DNA of 64,000 nt, from NCBI GenBank assembly GCA_965219445.1, contig CBDCNQ010000005.1, positions 480,001 to 544,000 on the forward strand. The letters run 5' to 3'. Of this stretch, positions 11,561 to 24,500 are shown piece after piece. A program made the translations under genes and the position numbers. The notes beneath the pieces were generated by a model that saw only the letters and a program-made list of their open reading frames with translations, was not told the origin of the DNA and did not search any database. The DNA comes from Longimicrobiales bacterium. GTDB lineage: Bacteria; Gemmatimonadota; Gemmatimonadetes; Longimicrobiales; Gaopeijiaceae. Numbering within the stretch: the stretch's first letter is position 1; every line of letters begins with the position of its first letter.

Positions 11561-11797
11561 CGGGAGGCCTACCTGCTACCTGAGAGGGGGTTGCAGGCGC
11601 TGGGCCATGGACTTTGTCTTGGCAGAACAGCTCCCCCCCCGGCACTGAATAAAGCTAGCCCAACACGTCCGGCGTTGGTCCATCAGTTTTCGAGGTTGCT
11701 CGAGGCGAACGTAGGACTCGGCCCTCTGGGCGTGGGAATCGGGGAAGTGGACCCACCTTTTCACTTGGCAGGCAAGACCAATTTGTCAGCCCTCGAA

Positions 11798-12200
11798 TCA
11801 GCTGGCCCGCTCAGCAACTGACGTGACAAAACGTTCCACCAGTGCTGAGGTGTAGGCCGGAGCGTCGTACGTTGGCACATGACGGCCATGTAGGAGAGTA
11901 TGCGACCTAAAGCATGCGTCCTCATCCGCGAAGCGCGTGAGCCTTCCTCGGTACTCGTCACTGTTGAGAGGCGCGTGGAGGAACGGAACCGGTGGCGGTT
12001 CGGAAAGGCGGGAAAGCGCGCCGAGTGGAGCGCCTTCGCGTGAGTACGCATTCCTGATCTCCCGGCTAGCGCGGGTGTACATGCTGAACCCGTATTCGTT
12101 CCCCAGGGCGATTTCCCTGGACCGCACCCGCCTTGGAGCTCCGGCGAGCTACCCCTGATTGAGCGTTGGATAAGGACAATACGTATCTACAGCGGCCGGT
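11798..12200 (-). pseudogene. C-terminal remnant of a HOD/QDO-like alpha/beta-hydrolase-fold protein
   Basis: EYGFSMYTRASREIRNAYSREGAPL...HVPTYDAP resembles my recollection of the HOD C-terminus ([25 protein letters not shown]...HFPAIDVP). In-frame TAG upstream; cut off by IS3. Confidence 0.55.
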
Positions 12201-12280
12201 GCTACCCCCCTCTCTGCCAACTTAGGTGAGACACGGAACGAGTAAAGAATTAGAGTAGGGCGAAGGCAGAGAAACCGAGG

Positions 12281-12730
12281 ATGCTGAGACACCGAGAGAG
12301 GATGGAAGAGAATGGAAACGCCCCACTAACCTGGGAGGGTAAGCGAAGCGCGGCAGCTGCTCCGGACGCGGAGGTGGTAGATAAGCCGACGCGCCGGCGG
12401 TTCGCTCCGTCGTACAAGCTGCGGATCGTCGAAGAAGCGGACCGGTGCACGGAGCCCGGAGAGGTTGGCCGACTCCTACGGCGGGAGGGCTTGTACTCGT
12501 CGCACCTGACGACATGGCGCAAGGCGGCGCATAGCGGGTCCCTGAAAGCGCTGTCGAAGAAACGAGGCCGTAAGCGCGAGCGCAATCCGCTGGAGGAGAA
12601 GGTGCGCAAGCTGGAGCGCGAGAACACTCGCCTCGAGAAGGAGCTCCAGAAGGCGCACTTGATCATCGACGTCCAGGGAAAAGTTGCAGGGCTGCTGGGA
12701 TTGAGCCTCGAGGACGGGACGAACTCATGA
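12281..12730 (+). CDS. IS3-family transposase OrfA
   Basis: RRRFAPSYKLRIVEEAD, LLRREGLYSSHLTTWR and a coiled coil; ATGA overlap with orfB. Start uncertain. Confidence 0.88.
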   Translation: MLRHRERMEENGNAPLTWEGKRSAAAAPDAEVVDKPTRRRFAPSYKLRIVEEADRCTEPGEVGRLLRREGLYSSHLTTWRKAAHSGSLKALSKKRGRKRERNPLEEKVRKLERENTRLEKELQKAHLIIDVQGKVAGLLGLSLEDGTNS

Positions 12731-13734
12731 AGGCGACCCAGGAGCTAGCCAAGCACGTAGGGGTGAAGCCCGCGTGCGATGCGCTCAGGGTGCCGCGAGC
12801 CACGTTCTACCGTCGTCGGAGTGCATCGACCGGGCATCAGCAGCCCCGCCCGACCCCAGCCCGGGCCTTGAGTGAGAGGGAGCGGGACAAGATTTTCGAC
12901 ACCCTGTGTTCGGAGCGGTTCGTGGACCGGTCCCCAGCCGAGGTGGTGGCGACGCTGCTCGACGAGGACGTCTACCTGTGCAGCGAGCGTACGATGTATC
13001 GCGTTCTGGCTTCCCAGGTGCCGGTTCAGGAGCGTCGAGCGCAGCGGAGTCATCCCAAATACCAGAAGCCCGAGTTGATGGCGAGGGGCCCGAACCAGGT
13101 CTGGTCCTGGGATATCACCCGGCTGCTGGGGCCGAAGAAGTGGAGTTACTTCTACCTCTACGTGATCCTGGACATCTTCAGCCGCTACGTCGTGGGATGG
13201 ATGGTGGCGGATCGGGAGAACTCTGCCCTGGCCAGCCGGCTGATCCAGCAGAGTTGCTTGAAGCATGGCGTCCAGCCCCACCTCCTGACCCTGCATTCCG
13301 ATCGAGGGGCTCCGATGACGAGCCAATGCACGGCTCAACTACTCGCCGATCTCGGCGTGACCCGCTCGTTGGGCCGACCCCAGGTCTCGGATGACAATCC
13401 GTTCTCCGAGGCTCAGTTCAAGACCTTGAAGTACCATCCCTCGTTTCCCGGCCGGTTCGGGGATCAGGGGCAAGCCAAGACCTTCTGTCGCTCGTTCTTC
13501 CGTTGGTATAATGCCGAGCACCGCCATGGCGGCATCTCGATGCTGACCCCCGAACAGGTCCACTTCGGTCACGCCGATCGGATCATCGCCTGCAGGAAGG
13601 CCGTGCTCCGTGAGGCATGGGCCGCTCATCCCGAGCGCTTCGTCTCCGGTGAGCCGAAGCCTAAACCACTCCCGGAGGCCGTCTGGATCAATCCTCCCAC
13701 CCCATCCCTCACGACACAGGAGATTGCTCTCTAA
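12727..13734 (+). CDS. IS3-family transposase OrfB (rve DDE)
   Basis: NQVWSWDIT, DIFSRYVVGW, LHSDRG and DNPFSEAQFKTLK. Confidence 0.93.
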   Translation: MKATQELAKHVGVKPACDALRVPRATFYRRRSASTGHQQPRPTPARALSERERDKIFDTLCSERFVDRSPAEVVATLLDEDVYLCSERTMYRVLASQVPVQERRAQRSHPKYQKPELMARGPNQVWSWDITRLLGPKKWSYFYLYVILDIFSRYVVGWMVADRENSALASRLIQQSCLKHGVQPHLLTLHSDRGAPMTSQCTAQLLADLGVTRSLGRPQVSDDNPFSEAQFKTLKYHPSFPGRFGDQGQAKTFCRSFFRWYNAEHRHGGISMLTPEQVHFGHADRIIACRKAVLREAWAAHPERFVSGEPKPKPLPEAVWINPPTPSLTTQEIAL

Positions 13735-13933
13735 TTAATTCCCAAGAGTGTCTCACTGGCGTTGACAGGCTCCGCCACCTCCCGAGCGGGACACGTGACT
13801 GCCGGAAGCTGCGGCCTTGATCTCCCTAGCCGGGTGACACCGCTGACCATCCTTCGGTCTTCACCGTGAGGGCGTTCGAAGAAGCACCTCAAAGTTCGAA
13901 AGACTTTAAGTCTGGCCACCAGCCCCGAAAAAC

Positions 13934-14260
13934 TCACTGGACGCACAGGAGCCTCGCGGGAGGTATCCGTGCGCCGCAAACCGCCGGAGAAAACGCTCCG
14001 AGCACAACGATTGCCAGCCGCACCGCTGAAACACGGGCAAGTGTCAAAGGATCCCAGCGACCTACTCCGAACAGCTGGCTCGCAAATGTCACGAGGCCTA
14101 CCACCACTCCGGCAGAGCCGAGCCGAAACGCCTGCCACATGACGATCAAGAGCAGGAAACTCGGCGAGGCACCTACCGCCATCCTGACGCCTAGGTCATG
14201 AAACCTCCCACGCATTAGGAAAGACTCGATTGCGTAGAGACCAGCAGCTGCCACGATCAC
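13934..14260 (-). pseudogene. C-terminal FtsX-like permease fragment
   Basis: GLYAIESF...DLGVRMAVGA...LFGVGRWDPLT...ARIPP. Confidence 0.75.
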
Positions 14261-14281
14261 GGTGGCGCCAGAGAGCCAACA

Positions 14282-15061
14282 TCAGAGGCCCCCGAACTTC
14301 AGACCGCCGGTGAGCTCGATAGTTTCCCCGGTGAGGAACTCGCACTCGATTCCGAAGCGGATAGCGAGCCACACGTCGGATGCCTCACCCACCCTTCCAA
14401 GCGGAGTGCGTCGCGTCAACGCATTGATCGCTTCATGGGATATGGATTGGAGCATCGGAGTCCCTATCAGCCCGGGTGAGACCGTGAAGACCCTGATGCC
14501 GGCTCTTCCCAACTCAAGAGCCCATGAGCGACTGGCGGCCTCCAAGCCTGCCTTCGAAGCCGCATACGCCCCTTGCCCGAGGTTTCCGGCACGCGCTGCG
14601 GACGAGACATTTGCGATCACGCGATCACCGCTTTGCTCCGCGCTCAGCATGGCTCCGGCCGCCGCTCTGGCAATCAAGAACGCGCCCCGGAGGTTTGTTG
14701 CTATCACGCGGTCCCACAGGGCCACCGGTTGCTTCTTGGTCCACCCACCCATCGGCTCAGCAAGCACACCATCACCTAGCACCCCGATGGCATTAACGCA
14801 GCAGTTTATCGATCCCAGGCGATCCGAAGCCTCAGCCACGAAGCCCTCTACCTGCTCCTCATGCAGCACATCCATAACCTGGCAAAGTACCGGTGGGTTT
14901 GCGCCCATCGAGGCCTCAGTGCCTGCCAACCGCTCGTCTCGCCGGTCACTGAGAGCAGTCCGCGCACCCATGTGACCCATCTCTCGAGCGATCACACCGC
15001 CAATACCGCCGCCTGCTCCGAAAATCAGGGCTCTGCATTCCGAAATGACCATCCGTGCCAT
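14282..15061 (-). CDS. SDR oxidoreductase (FabG-like)
   Basis: GAGGGIG, VNAIG, NVSS, YAASK and PLGRVGE. Confidence 0.9.
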   Translation of the reverse strand: MARMVISECRALIFGAGGGIGGVIAREMGHMGARTALSDRRDERLAGTEASMGANPPVLCQVMDVLHEEQVEGFVAEASDRLGSINCCVNAIGVLGDGVLAEPMGGWTKKQPVALWDRVIATNLRGAFLIARAAAGAMLSAEQSGDRVIANVSSAARAGNLGQGAYAASKAGLEAASRSWALELGRAGIRVFTVSPGLIGTPMLQSISHEAINALTRRTPLGRVGEASDVWLAIRFGIECEFLTGETIELTGGLKFGGL

Positions 15062-15099
15062 CACCGTCCACGAGCAGTGCCAACTGGCGGCATATGAAT

Positions 15100-15471
15100 C
15101 TATATAGCAGGTCGGTCGAAGAAGGTACGCCGGCACCTGATCAGGCCGTCTTCAAACCGAAAGAAGTCTGCATACCGCTCTTTCAAAGCACTCCCGTCCC
15201 GATGCAGTCCTTCAAAGAGCCCCCAACATGCGACGGTATCCCGATCACTGAGTGCGCAGCGCACGGTGTGTCGCCCCCATCTTATTGGGCGCTCCTCCCG
15301 ATAAAACTGTAGGAGCTCCGTCCGCCCGACCATCCGAGGATAGCCCGGACGTTCATAGATTACATCGCGGTGGAAGATTCGCCCTAGTTCGCGCCAGTCA
15401 CAAGCATCAATCACCGCATACAACCCGATGATGTTCGCTTTATAGCCTTCACAACGAAGCGGTGACTCCAT
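15100..15471 (-). CDS. SnoaL-like / NTF2-family protein
   Basis: 123 aa with IFHRDVIYERPG and a DFFRFEDGLI...RTFFD C-terminus typical of the fold. Confidence 0.8.
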   Translation of the reverse strand: MESPLRCEGYKANIIGLYAVIDACDWRELGRIFHRDVIYERPGYPRMVGRTELLQFYREERPIRWGRHTVRCALSDRDTVACWGLFEGLHRDGSALKERYADFFRFEDGLIRCRRTFFDRPAI

Positions 15472-15527
15472 TCCGTGCTCCCCTGAACCCTCGCTGGGTT
15501 CTATACTACATCTTGACTACATCTCGC

Positions 15528-18500
15528 CTACGCCGAACCGCATTGTCTCGCCATCACGAGAACGGTCCGAAGTTCCTCGGCCACCGCACCCACAAAAGGC
15601 TCCTTCATGATTTCGTTGTGAATGCACGGGACCTGCCTGATAACGAGCGAACCGTCTATCAGGCGCTGCCAGTACGGGGCGGGCTCCTCACCCGTGGGCA
15701 GGGGTTCGTTCGAAGCGCGAAGGAACAACACATCCCCTCTGAAGCGCGTCGGTCTGTACTGCAGCCATGCGCTTCGATTCCGTTCGTACACTGCTAGTCG
15801 CTCAGCCCTGCTCTCGGGAGCCGACATACGGGCCAGTTCCGACCGGGCGACAGCAAGTTGCTCATCCGGTGACATGCCCTCCAGCTTGTCAAGGAAGCCG
15901 GAACCTGTCAAATCGCTCATAATAGCCATTATTGGTGCAACATGATTTATCTGCTCACCGACATAGCCTCGACAGTCAATGAGCGTCAAGGAGCCAACAA
16001 CCTTCTTTACTGCCTCCAACTGGAGAGCCATCTCATAGGCTATCACGCCGCCGAACGACCACCCAACAAGGTTCAGCGGATCAGCGAGGCCCCGAGTGCG
16101 AATCTCCTCCACGTAATCCCTGGCCATTACCTCGACCGTTCCATGTCGCGCGAAGCGCGGGCTTTCGCAAGACGTGGCACGTATACCGAAGACATTGAAA
16201 TCCTTAGCGAGCAACTTACTCAGCGCCTCATAGGAGAGTACGCCGGCCCCCACCGCATGAGGGCAGATCACACTCGCCATTCCGATCTTCTCTGTGGTCA
16301 GAGCGACAACGAGGGGCGGCTCACCCACGCTGACTGGCAGCGTGTCGCCGAGACCGCCTGCAAGTGCTCTTACTGTACCAGAGGAGTAGAATGCTTCCAG
16401 GGACGGACTGGCGCCCAGGCGTGCTTGGATCAGGTCGGACACTCGCATCGCCAGAAGCGAATGGCCACCGAGTTCGAAGAAGTTGTCATGGATCCCGATT
16501 TCCTCGACCCCGAGAACCTCGCTCCAGATCTCGGCGATCACCTTTTCGACCCGCGTCCGAGGCTCCACGTACTCGGCGAGTCCATCTCTTTGGTTCGTCG
16601 GCTCCGGTAGGCTGGCCCGGTCGATCTTGCCACTCGGGTTCAGTGGCAACTCGTCCAGTGCCACCAAATAGTTCGGCACCATGAACTCAGGAAGTCGATC
16701 GCGCAGATACCGACGCACTTCGCCCGTCCCATCCGCCCTTCCCTCCAACACCACATACCCAACCAGTTTTCGGTCCCCCTCCTCGTCCTCCTGCACTACC
16801 ACCACCGCGTCACGCACCCGCTCGTGACCCATCAGCACCGACTCGACCTCGCCCGGCTCGATCCGAAATCCTCGCACCTTCACCTGATCGTCGAACCGCC
16901 CCAGGAATTCCAACTGCCCATCTGAGCGCCACCGCACACGATCCCCCGTCACGTACAAACGCTCCCCCCTCTCGCCAAACGGGTTCGGCACGAACCGCTC
17001 CGCTGTCAGGCCTGCTCGACCCCAGTACCCCCGAGCTAAACCCGCACCTCCGATGTACAACTCGCCCGCCACACCCACCGCCACCAACTGCATCCCCCCG
17101 TCCAGCACGTACAACGTCCATCCCGGTAATGGACGGCCGATCGCGCTGTGTCTCGTTGCACTCTCCTTAACATCCAATCTCTTGAGCGTACTGTGGACAG
17201 TCGCTTCTGTGATCCCGTACATATTGCACAAGATCAGGTCGCTGTCCGCACGCTCCCGAAGCCAATCCTGAGTGCTCGTTACGTCCAGCGCTTCACCGCC
17301 CAGCACCACATATTTCACGCCACTTAGAAACGCCTCATCGCACTGACCATCGACGTTCCTGAGCTCCATGAACGCCGAAGGCGTTTGGTTGACGATAGTA
17401 ATTCCCTCGTCGCGAATAAACTCACCAAACGCTGTCGCCGACCTGCTTACCCAGAACGGCACAATGACCAGTCGAGATCCGTGAAGCAGCGCGCCCCATA
17501 TCTCCCACACGGAAAAGTCGAACGCATAGGAGTGGAATAGCGGCCAAGTATCCGATTCATCGAACCGAAAATGATGATCCGTGGCCCTGAAGAGCCCCGC
17601 CACTGCACCGTGCGGGATCAGAACACCTTTCGGGGTACCCGTGGAGCCGGAGGTGTAGATGATATAGGCCAGGTTCTCGGGATCGACCGGCACCTGCAGA
17701 TTCATCGTATCCGCGGTATCGAAGATCGGCTCCTCTCGATCGAGGTACACGACTTCCACGGCCAGTGACGGTACCCGGTCCACCAGACGCCGCTGCGTCA
17801 GTAATACCTCGACCTCACTGTCCTCCGCCATGAATGCCCGCCGCTTCGGCGGATAGTCAGGATCTAGTGGCACATACGCTCCGCCCGCCTTCAATGCCCC
17901 CAACATCCCCACTACCAACTCCATCCCACGCTCTACACACAGCCCTACCCGTACTTCCGGACCCACACCCAGCCGCCTCAGTTGATGCGCAACCTGATTC
18001 GCCCGCTCGTTCAGCTCTCTGTACGTATACCGCTCCCCCTCACACTCCACTGCAATCCCTTCCGGCGTTCGCTCCACCTGCCCTTCGAACAGCTCGTGAA
18101 CACTCGCCTCCGGATACGATACCCCCGTCTCGTTCCACTCCTCCAACAGCTGCCGACGCTCGTCTTCACCCAGCATCGCCATCTCATAAATCGGACACTC
18201 CACATCCTCCACCACACTCTCCAACAACCGCCCGTAATGTCCCATCATCCGCTCGATCGTCGCGCTATCGAACAGGTCCGTGCTGTACTCGAGCCAACCT
18301 CTTAGGCCCTGGGGATTGCGCACTACAAAGACTTGTAGATCGAACTTGGAAGACTTGTACGAAGTCGTCGTCCGTCGGAGATCTATGGCGCCGCCAAGCC
18401 GCCGAACCGAGTCACTCGCGATGGGCATCGAAAACATCACCTGGAAGACCGGATTGTACGCCGGACTCCGTTCGACGTTGAGCTCCTCCACCAGCTTCGC

Positions 18501-21500
18501 GAACGGCAGATCCTGATGCTCGTACGCCTCCAGCGTCGTCTCACGAATCCGTCGCAGCACCTCCCGGAAGCTCGGCTCCCCCGACAGATCCGTCCGCAGC
18601 GCTAGCGTGTTGACAAAACAGCCAATAATGGGGTCCAGCGTCGGCTCGATCCGGCCGGACGAGACCGAGCCTACAACGACATCTTCCTGTCCCGAATACC
18701 GAGCTATCAGAACCTTGAACGCCGCCAGCAACACCATGAACAGCGTCGCACCTTCTTCCCGACCCAGCCGCTCGAGTGGCTGGGCCAAGGTCGGATAATC
18801 GAAGTGTAGGAAGGTGCCTCGGTGACTCTGAACCGCCGGCCGGGCTCGATCCGTCGGCAACTCCAACAACTCCGGAGCCCCCGATAACTTCCCCTTCCAG
18901 TACGTCAGCTGCCTCGCTAGCTCCCCACCCTCCAACCACTCTCGCTGCCACATGGCGTAGTCCGCATACTGCACCGGTAGCTCAGGCAATGGTGACGTCG
19001 CCGAACCACCCCCGTACGCCTCGTACAGCACACTCAACTCCCGGAACAGTACATCCATGCTCCATCCATCACTCACAATGTGATGCATCGACAGAAGCAG
19101 GACATGCTCCGAATCGGACAACCTCAATAGCTCCGCCCGGAACAGTGGCCCTCGCTCCAGATCGAAGCCCCGCCCCGCCATCTCCTCCGCCCGCCGCCGA
19201 ATCTCCTCCTCCAACTCCGCCCCACCCAGACCCGTCAGATCCTCCCGCGGTAACTCCCACCCCCCAGCCTCTCCCACCACCTGCCAAGGCTCCCCGTCAA
19301 TCTCCACAAACGTCGTTCGCAACGACTCATGCCGACCGATCACCTCCCCAATCGCCCACTCTAACCCCCCAACATCCAACACCCCAGACAGACGAACTCC
19401 ATTATTGATGACGTATGTCGCCCGACCTCGCACGAGCCGCTCGAGGATGAACATCTGTCGCTGCGCATACGATGCAGGGGTGGGTCCTGCCTCGCGGAGT
19501 CTCGGAACCAACCGGGGCCGCGGACTAACCCGAGTCGTTCGCAACTTCCGTACAAGGGCCGCTATCGCACCGATGGTTCTCTTCTCGAAGACGGCCTGAA
19601 CCGGGAGCCCGACACCCAACGCGTCCCGGATCCGCCAAGCGAGACGGGTGGCAGTGAAGGACGTGCCTCCCACCGAAAAGAAGTCATCCGAAAGCGACAA
19701 GCTTGTCGCTCCGGTCACTTCCCGCACCAGCTCCACCAGGAGGCTCTCGATGAGCTCGTACCGTGCAGAGCTACGCTCCCAGTTGGCGTGCCTGAGCCGT
19801 TTCTCGACTTGCCAACCCAGTTCGCGGCGATCAACCTTCCCCGTTGTCGTGGTGGGAAGGCTGTCGACAATGATAATCCCATGAGGGATCATGAAGCTCG
19901 GCATGCGGTCTGTGAGCCACTCGCGCAAATCCCGCTCGTCGATCAAACCGGACGCCCTGGGAATGACAAATGCTATGGGCTCAACACCACGGCTCCCACC
20001 CACGTCGCTCACGACAGCGCAAGCTTTAATATCTGGGTGGGATGATATCATGCTCTCTACCTCTCCTAGTTCCACTCGGAATCCGCGGACCTTCACCTGA
20101 GCATCCACCCGTCCGTGAAACTCTAGCACACCCTTCGGCATCCATCGCACAAGGTCCCCAGTCCGGTAAAGTCGACCACCAGCTTCACCGAAGAGGTCGG
20201 GAACGAACCGTGCCGCTGTAAGGCCGGCGCGGCGCGCGTAGCCTCGGGCAACTGCGGCGCCCCCGACATAGAGCTCGCCCCGCACCCCCACCGGAACCGG
20301 TTGCATCCATTGATCCAACACAAAGCACTTTCTGTCACCGACAGGTTGCCCAATCGGGATCGAGAGCGGGAGAGTGTCGTTGCGGATTTCACCACCGATC
20401 AAGTGGCAGGTAGCGAACACGGTGCATTCGGACGGCCCATATCCGTTGATCACTATCATGTCCGGGTACTCGGTCATCAACGCGTGCACATGTAGTGGAG
20501 AGAGAGACTCCCCCCCCACCAAGATGAGTCGCAATGACCCTAGGATTTCCACCGCAGTGTCGACGATCTCGTTGAAGAGGGACGCAGTCAGCCAAAGATG
20601 TGTAACCGCACCTCTACGAAGGGCGTCGGCAAAATTCGGAAGACTGATTCCACCCTCAGCCGTAGGTGGCACTATTTCGACACGTCCACCACGGAGAAGC
20701 GGGGTCCAGACCTCCAACGTGAGCGCGTCCCAGGAAATCGCGGAATAGTGCGCCCATACCTCAGGAATCAGCTCAAGCGAGTCTGTGTGGAGATCGAAGT
20801 TCTCATGGATGAATCCCGGTATCGCACTATGGTGGACAAGGGTGCCTTTCGGGGTACCCGTGGAGCCGGAGGTGTAGATGATATAGGCCAGGTTCTCGGG
20901 ATCGACCGGCACCTGCAGATTCATCGTATCCGCAGTATCGAAGATCGGCTCCTCTCGATCGAGGTACACGACTTCCACGGCCAGTGACGGTACCCGGTCC
21001 ACCAGACGCCGCTGCGTCAGTAATACCTCGACCTCACTGTCCTCCGCCATGAATGCCAGCCGCTTCGGCGGATAATCAGGATCTAGTGGCACATACGCTC
21101 CGCCCGCCTTCAATGCCCCCAACATCCCCACTACCAACTCCATCCCACGCTCTACACACAGCCCTACCCGTACTTCCGGACCCACACCCAGCCGCCTCAG
21201 TTGATGCGCAACCTGATTCGCCCGCTCGTTCAGCTCTCTGTACGTATACCGCTCCCCCTCACACTCCACTGCAATCCCTTCCGGCGTTCGCTCCACCTGC
21301 CCTTCGAACAGCTCGTGAACACTCGCCTCCGGATACGATACCCCCGTCTCGTTCCACTCCTCCAACAGCTGCCGACGCTCGTCTTCACCCAGCATCGCCA
21401 TCTCATAAATCGGACACTCCACATCCTCCACCACACTCTCCAACAACCGCCCGTAATGTCCCATCATCCGCTCGATCGTCGCGCTATCGAACAGGTCCGT

Positions 21501-24500
21501 GCTGTATCCACAGCTGCCCACAACCGACCCGTCCTCCTTCTCCACAAGCATCGCAACCAGATCGAACTTGGCAGTGTGACTGTCTGTCGAAACCGACGTC
21601 GCCTCCAGTTCACCCAGCTTGAGCGCTCGCTTCTCCGGACTGCGGAGCGTGAACATCACCTGGAAGACCGGATGATGTGCCAGACTCCGTTCGACGTTGA
21701 GCTCCTCGACCAGCTTCTCGAACGGCAGATCCTGATGCTCGTACGCGTCTAGCGTCGTCTCACGAACCCGTCGCAGCACCTCCCGGAAGCTTGGCTCCCC
21801 CGATAGATCCGTCCGTAGCGCTAGCGTGTTCAGGAAGAACCCGATCAGTCCTTCGAATTCCTCTCGGCTACGGTTCGCGATCACAGTCCCGACGACGACA
21901 TCTTCCTGTCCCGAATACCGAGCCATCAGAACCTTGAACGCCGCCAGCAACACCATGAACAGCGTCGCACCTTCTTCCCGACCCAAAGCCCGCAAACCCT
22001 CCACCACCTCCGCTGGGATATCGAACCGCTCGCGCCCCCCTCGGTGACTCTGAACCGCCGGCCGGGCTCGATCCGTCGGCAACTCCAACAACTCCGGAGC
22101 CCCCGATAACTTCCCCTTCCAGTACGTCAGCTGCCTCGCTAGCTCCCCACCCTCCAACCACTCTCGCTGCCACATGGCGTAGTCCGCATACTGCACCGGT
22201 AGCTCAGGCAATGGTGACGTCGCCGAACCACCCCCGTACGCCTCGTACAGCACACTCAACTCCCGGAACAGTACATCCATGCTCCATCCATCACTCACAA
22301 TGTGATGCATCGACAGAAGCAGGACATGCTCCGAATCGGACAACCTCAATAGCTCCGCCCGGAACAGTGGCCCTCGCTCCAGATCGAAGCCCCACCCCGC
22401 CATCTCCTCCGCCCGCCGCCGAATCTCCTCCTCCAACTCCGCCCCACCCAGACCCGTCAGATCCTCCCGCGGTAACTCCCACCCCCCAGCCTCTCCCACC
22501 ACCTGCCAAGGCTCCCCGTCAATCTCCACAAACGTCGTTCGCAACGACTCATGCCGACCGATCACCTCCCCAATCGCCCACTCTAACCCCCCAACATCCA
22601 ACACCCCAGACAGACGAACTCCCTTCGACACGGTGTAAAACGCATCGCCAGGATACATACGATCCAAAAACCACAGCCGCTCCTGTGCGTGCGAAAGCCG
22701 GGACGGCTCGGGCCTTCTGACCCGAAGGTGGCGGTCGGGGAGGGCCTCATCGTCCCTAGAGTGCCTTCCTCCTTCTCGGATCGTAGCCGCGAGTGCCTCC
22801 AGCGTTGAAAAACGAAACACCACATCGAGCGTTAATCGAATGCCCATGTCCGACCGCACTTGTGCGACCAAGCGCATGGCGCTGAGCGACGTCCCTCCGA
22901 GGAGAAAGAAGTCATCAGTCCGCTTCACCGCCTGCAGGCCCAAAAGATCTCCCCAAACCTTCGCGAGATACGCCTCGAGGGGAGCCAACTCGGAACGATG
23001 GGCAACTTGGGGCCCGGAGGTGAGACCGAGTTCTCGGTCCGCCCACTCGACGAGAGCCTTGTAGTCGGTCTTGCCTCGCTCTGTCGTCGGCAGGCTCGGG
23101 AGCGCAAACACATGAGTGGGAACCATGTAACGGGGAATGAGGCGCACCGCCCAATCCGCCAGGTCAGTCGAAGCAAGATCGAGCGAGACGTCGATGGATT
23201 CGCGATCGCCTAAGCGTACGAAAGCGCAGAGTTGCGGTGACTCGCCACGCTCGCCGACCAAACAAACCCGGACCTCGCGTATCGCCGGGTGACGTTCCAG
23301 TACTCGCTCTACCTCGTCGAGCTCGACGCGAAATCCCCTCAGCTTGACCTGCCGATCACGCCTCCCCAGAAAATGGAGGTGGCCGTCCGGACCGATCGTG
23401 GCCAAATCACCCGTACGGTACATCCGGCTCCCCGGACCGTGCTCCGCGAACGGGTCAGGAAGGAAGCTCGCGGCCGTTGCAGCTGGTGCATTCACATAGC
23501 CCTGGGCGACACCGTGGCCACTCAGATACACCTCCCCCGCAATCCCTATTGCCGTCGGCTTCAGCTCTTCGTCAAGAACATATGCACTCGTGCCTCGGAT
23601 TGGACGCCCGATTGGTGGCGCTTCGCAACCCTTATCCACCTGCTCCATAGGCACTTCGAAGGCGGTGGAATAGGTCGTGTCCTCGGAGGGACCGTAGAGG
23701 TTGAACAACCGCCCCTCAAAGCCAGACCGCCTCAGGGCGATCGCAAGGGTACCGGAAAAAACCTCTCCACAAAGGCAGATCACGCGCAGAGTATCCGGTA
23801 GACCCACCGAGTCGAGTAGTGCTGCCGCTGCAGACGGCACGGTGTTGAGAAACGTAACGCGACCTAGGCTTGGTTCGGCGCCAATATCGAGTGCGTCTTC
23901 TTTCAAGAGAACGCAGCCGCCCATCGAAAGGGTGCCGAAAACCTCGAACACTGACAGGTCAAACGACACCGATGTCGTGGCCAACATCCCCTCAAAGTCG
24001 GCCGGCGAGAACGTGGCCCTGGTCCACTCGAGCAAGGCGGCGAGGCCGCGGTGCTCGATCCCGACACCCTTCGGTTTCCCGGTAGATCCCGACGTGTAGA
24101 CTACATACGCGAGGGCGTTGAGAGACGGCTCCCCCATCGTCGGATCGAAGGTTCCATCGCTCCCGGCAATGAGGCTCTCGAAAGCCCGCCATTCCTGCGG
24201 CTGTTCCTTGCCAAGTTCTTCGATGGTACGCGCTTCGGCTACGACAAGCCGAACAGAGGCGTCGCTCAGAATCGCCCGCACGCGGCTATCCGGCACCTCA
24301 GGTCCGATCGGCACATAACAGCGTTGTGCGGCCAGGCACCCGAGCAGACTCACGATCAACCGATGGTCCCGCGGCAGCAGTATTGCGACAAGGTCGTCCC
24401 GCGACACCCCGGCCGTCAGAACGCCATCGGCGAAGTCAACGGCCATTCCACGTAGCTCGGCGTAGGTAAGAACTCTCGCCCCCGCCTCGACCGCCGGACG

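Larger units (their letters stand above)
12215..13767 (+). mobile_element. IS3-family element, apparently intact
   Basis: Imperfect IRs TGCCAACTTAGGTGAGACAC / TGTCAACGCCAGTGAGACAC enclose orfA and orfB; the true ends may extend a few bases further. Confidence 0.88.
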
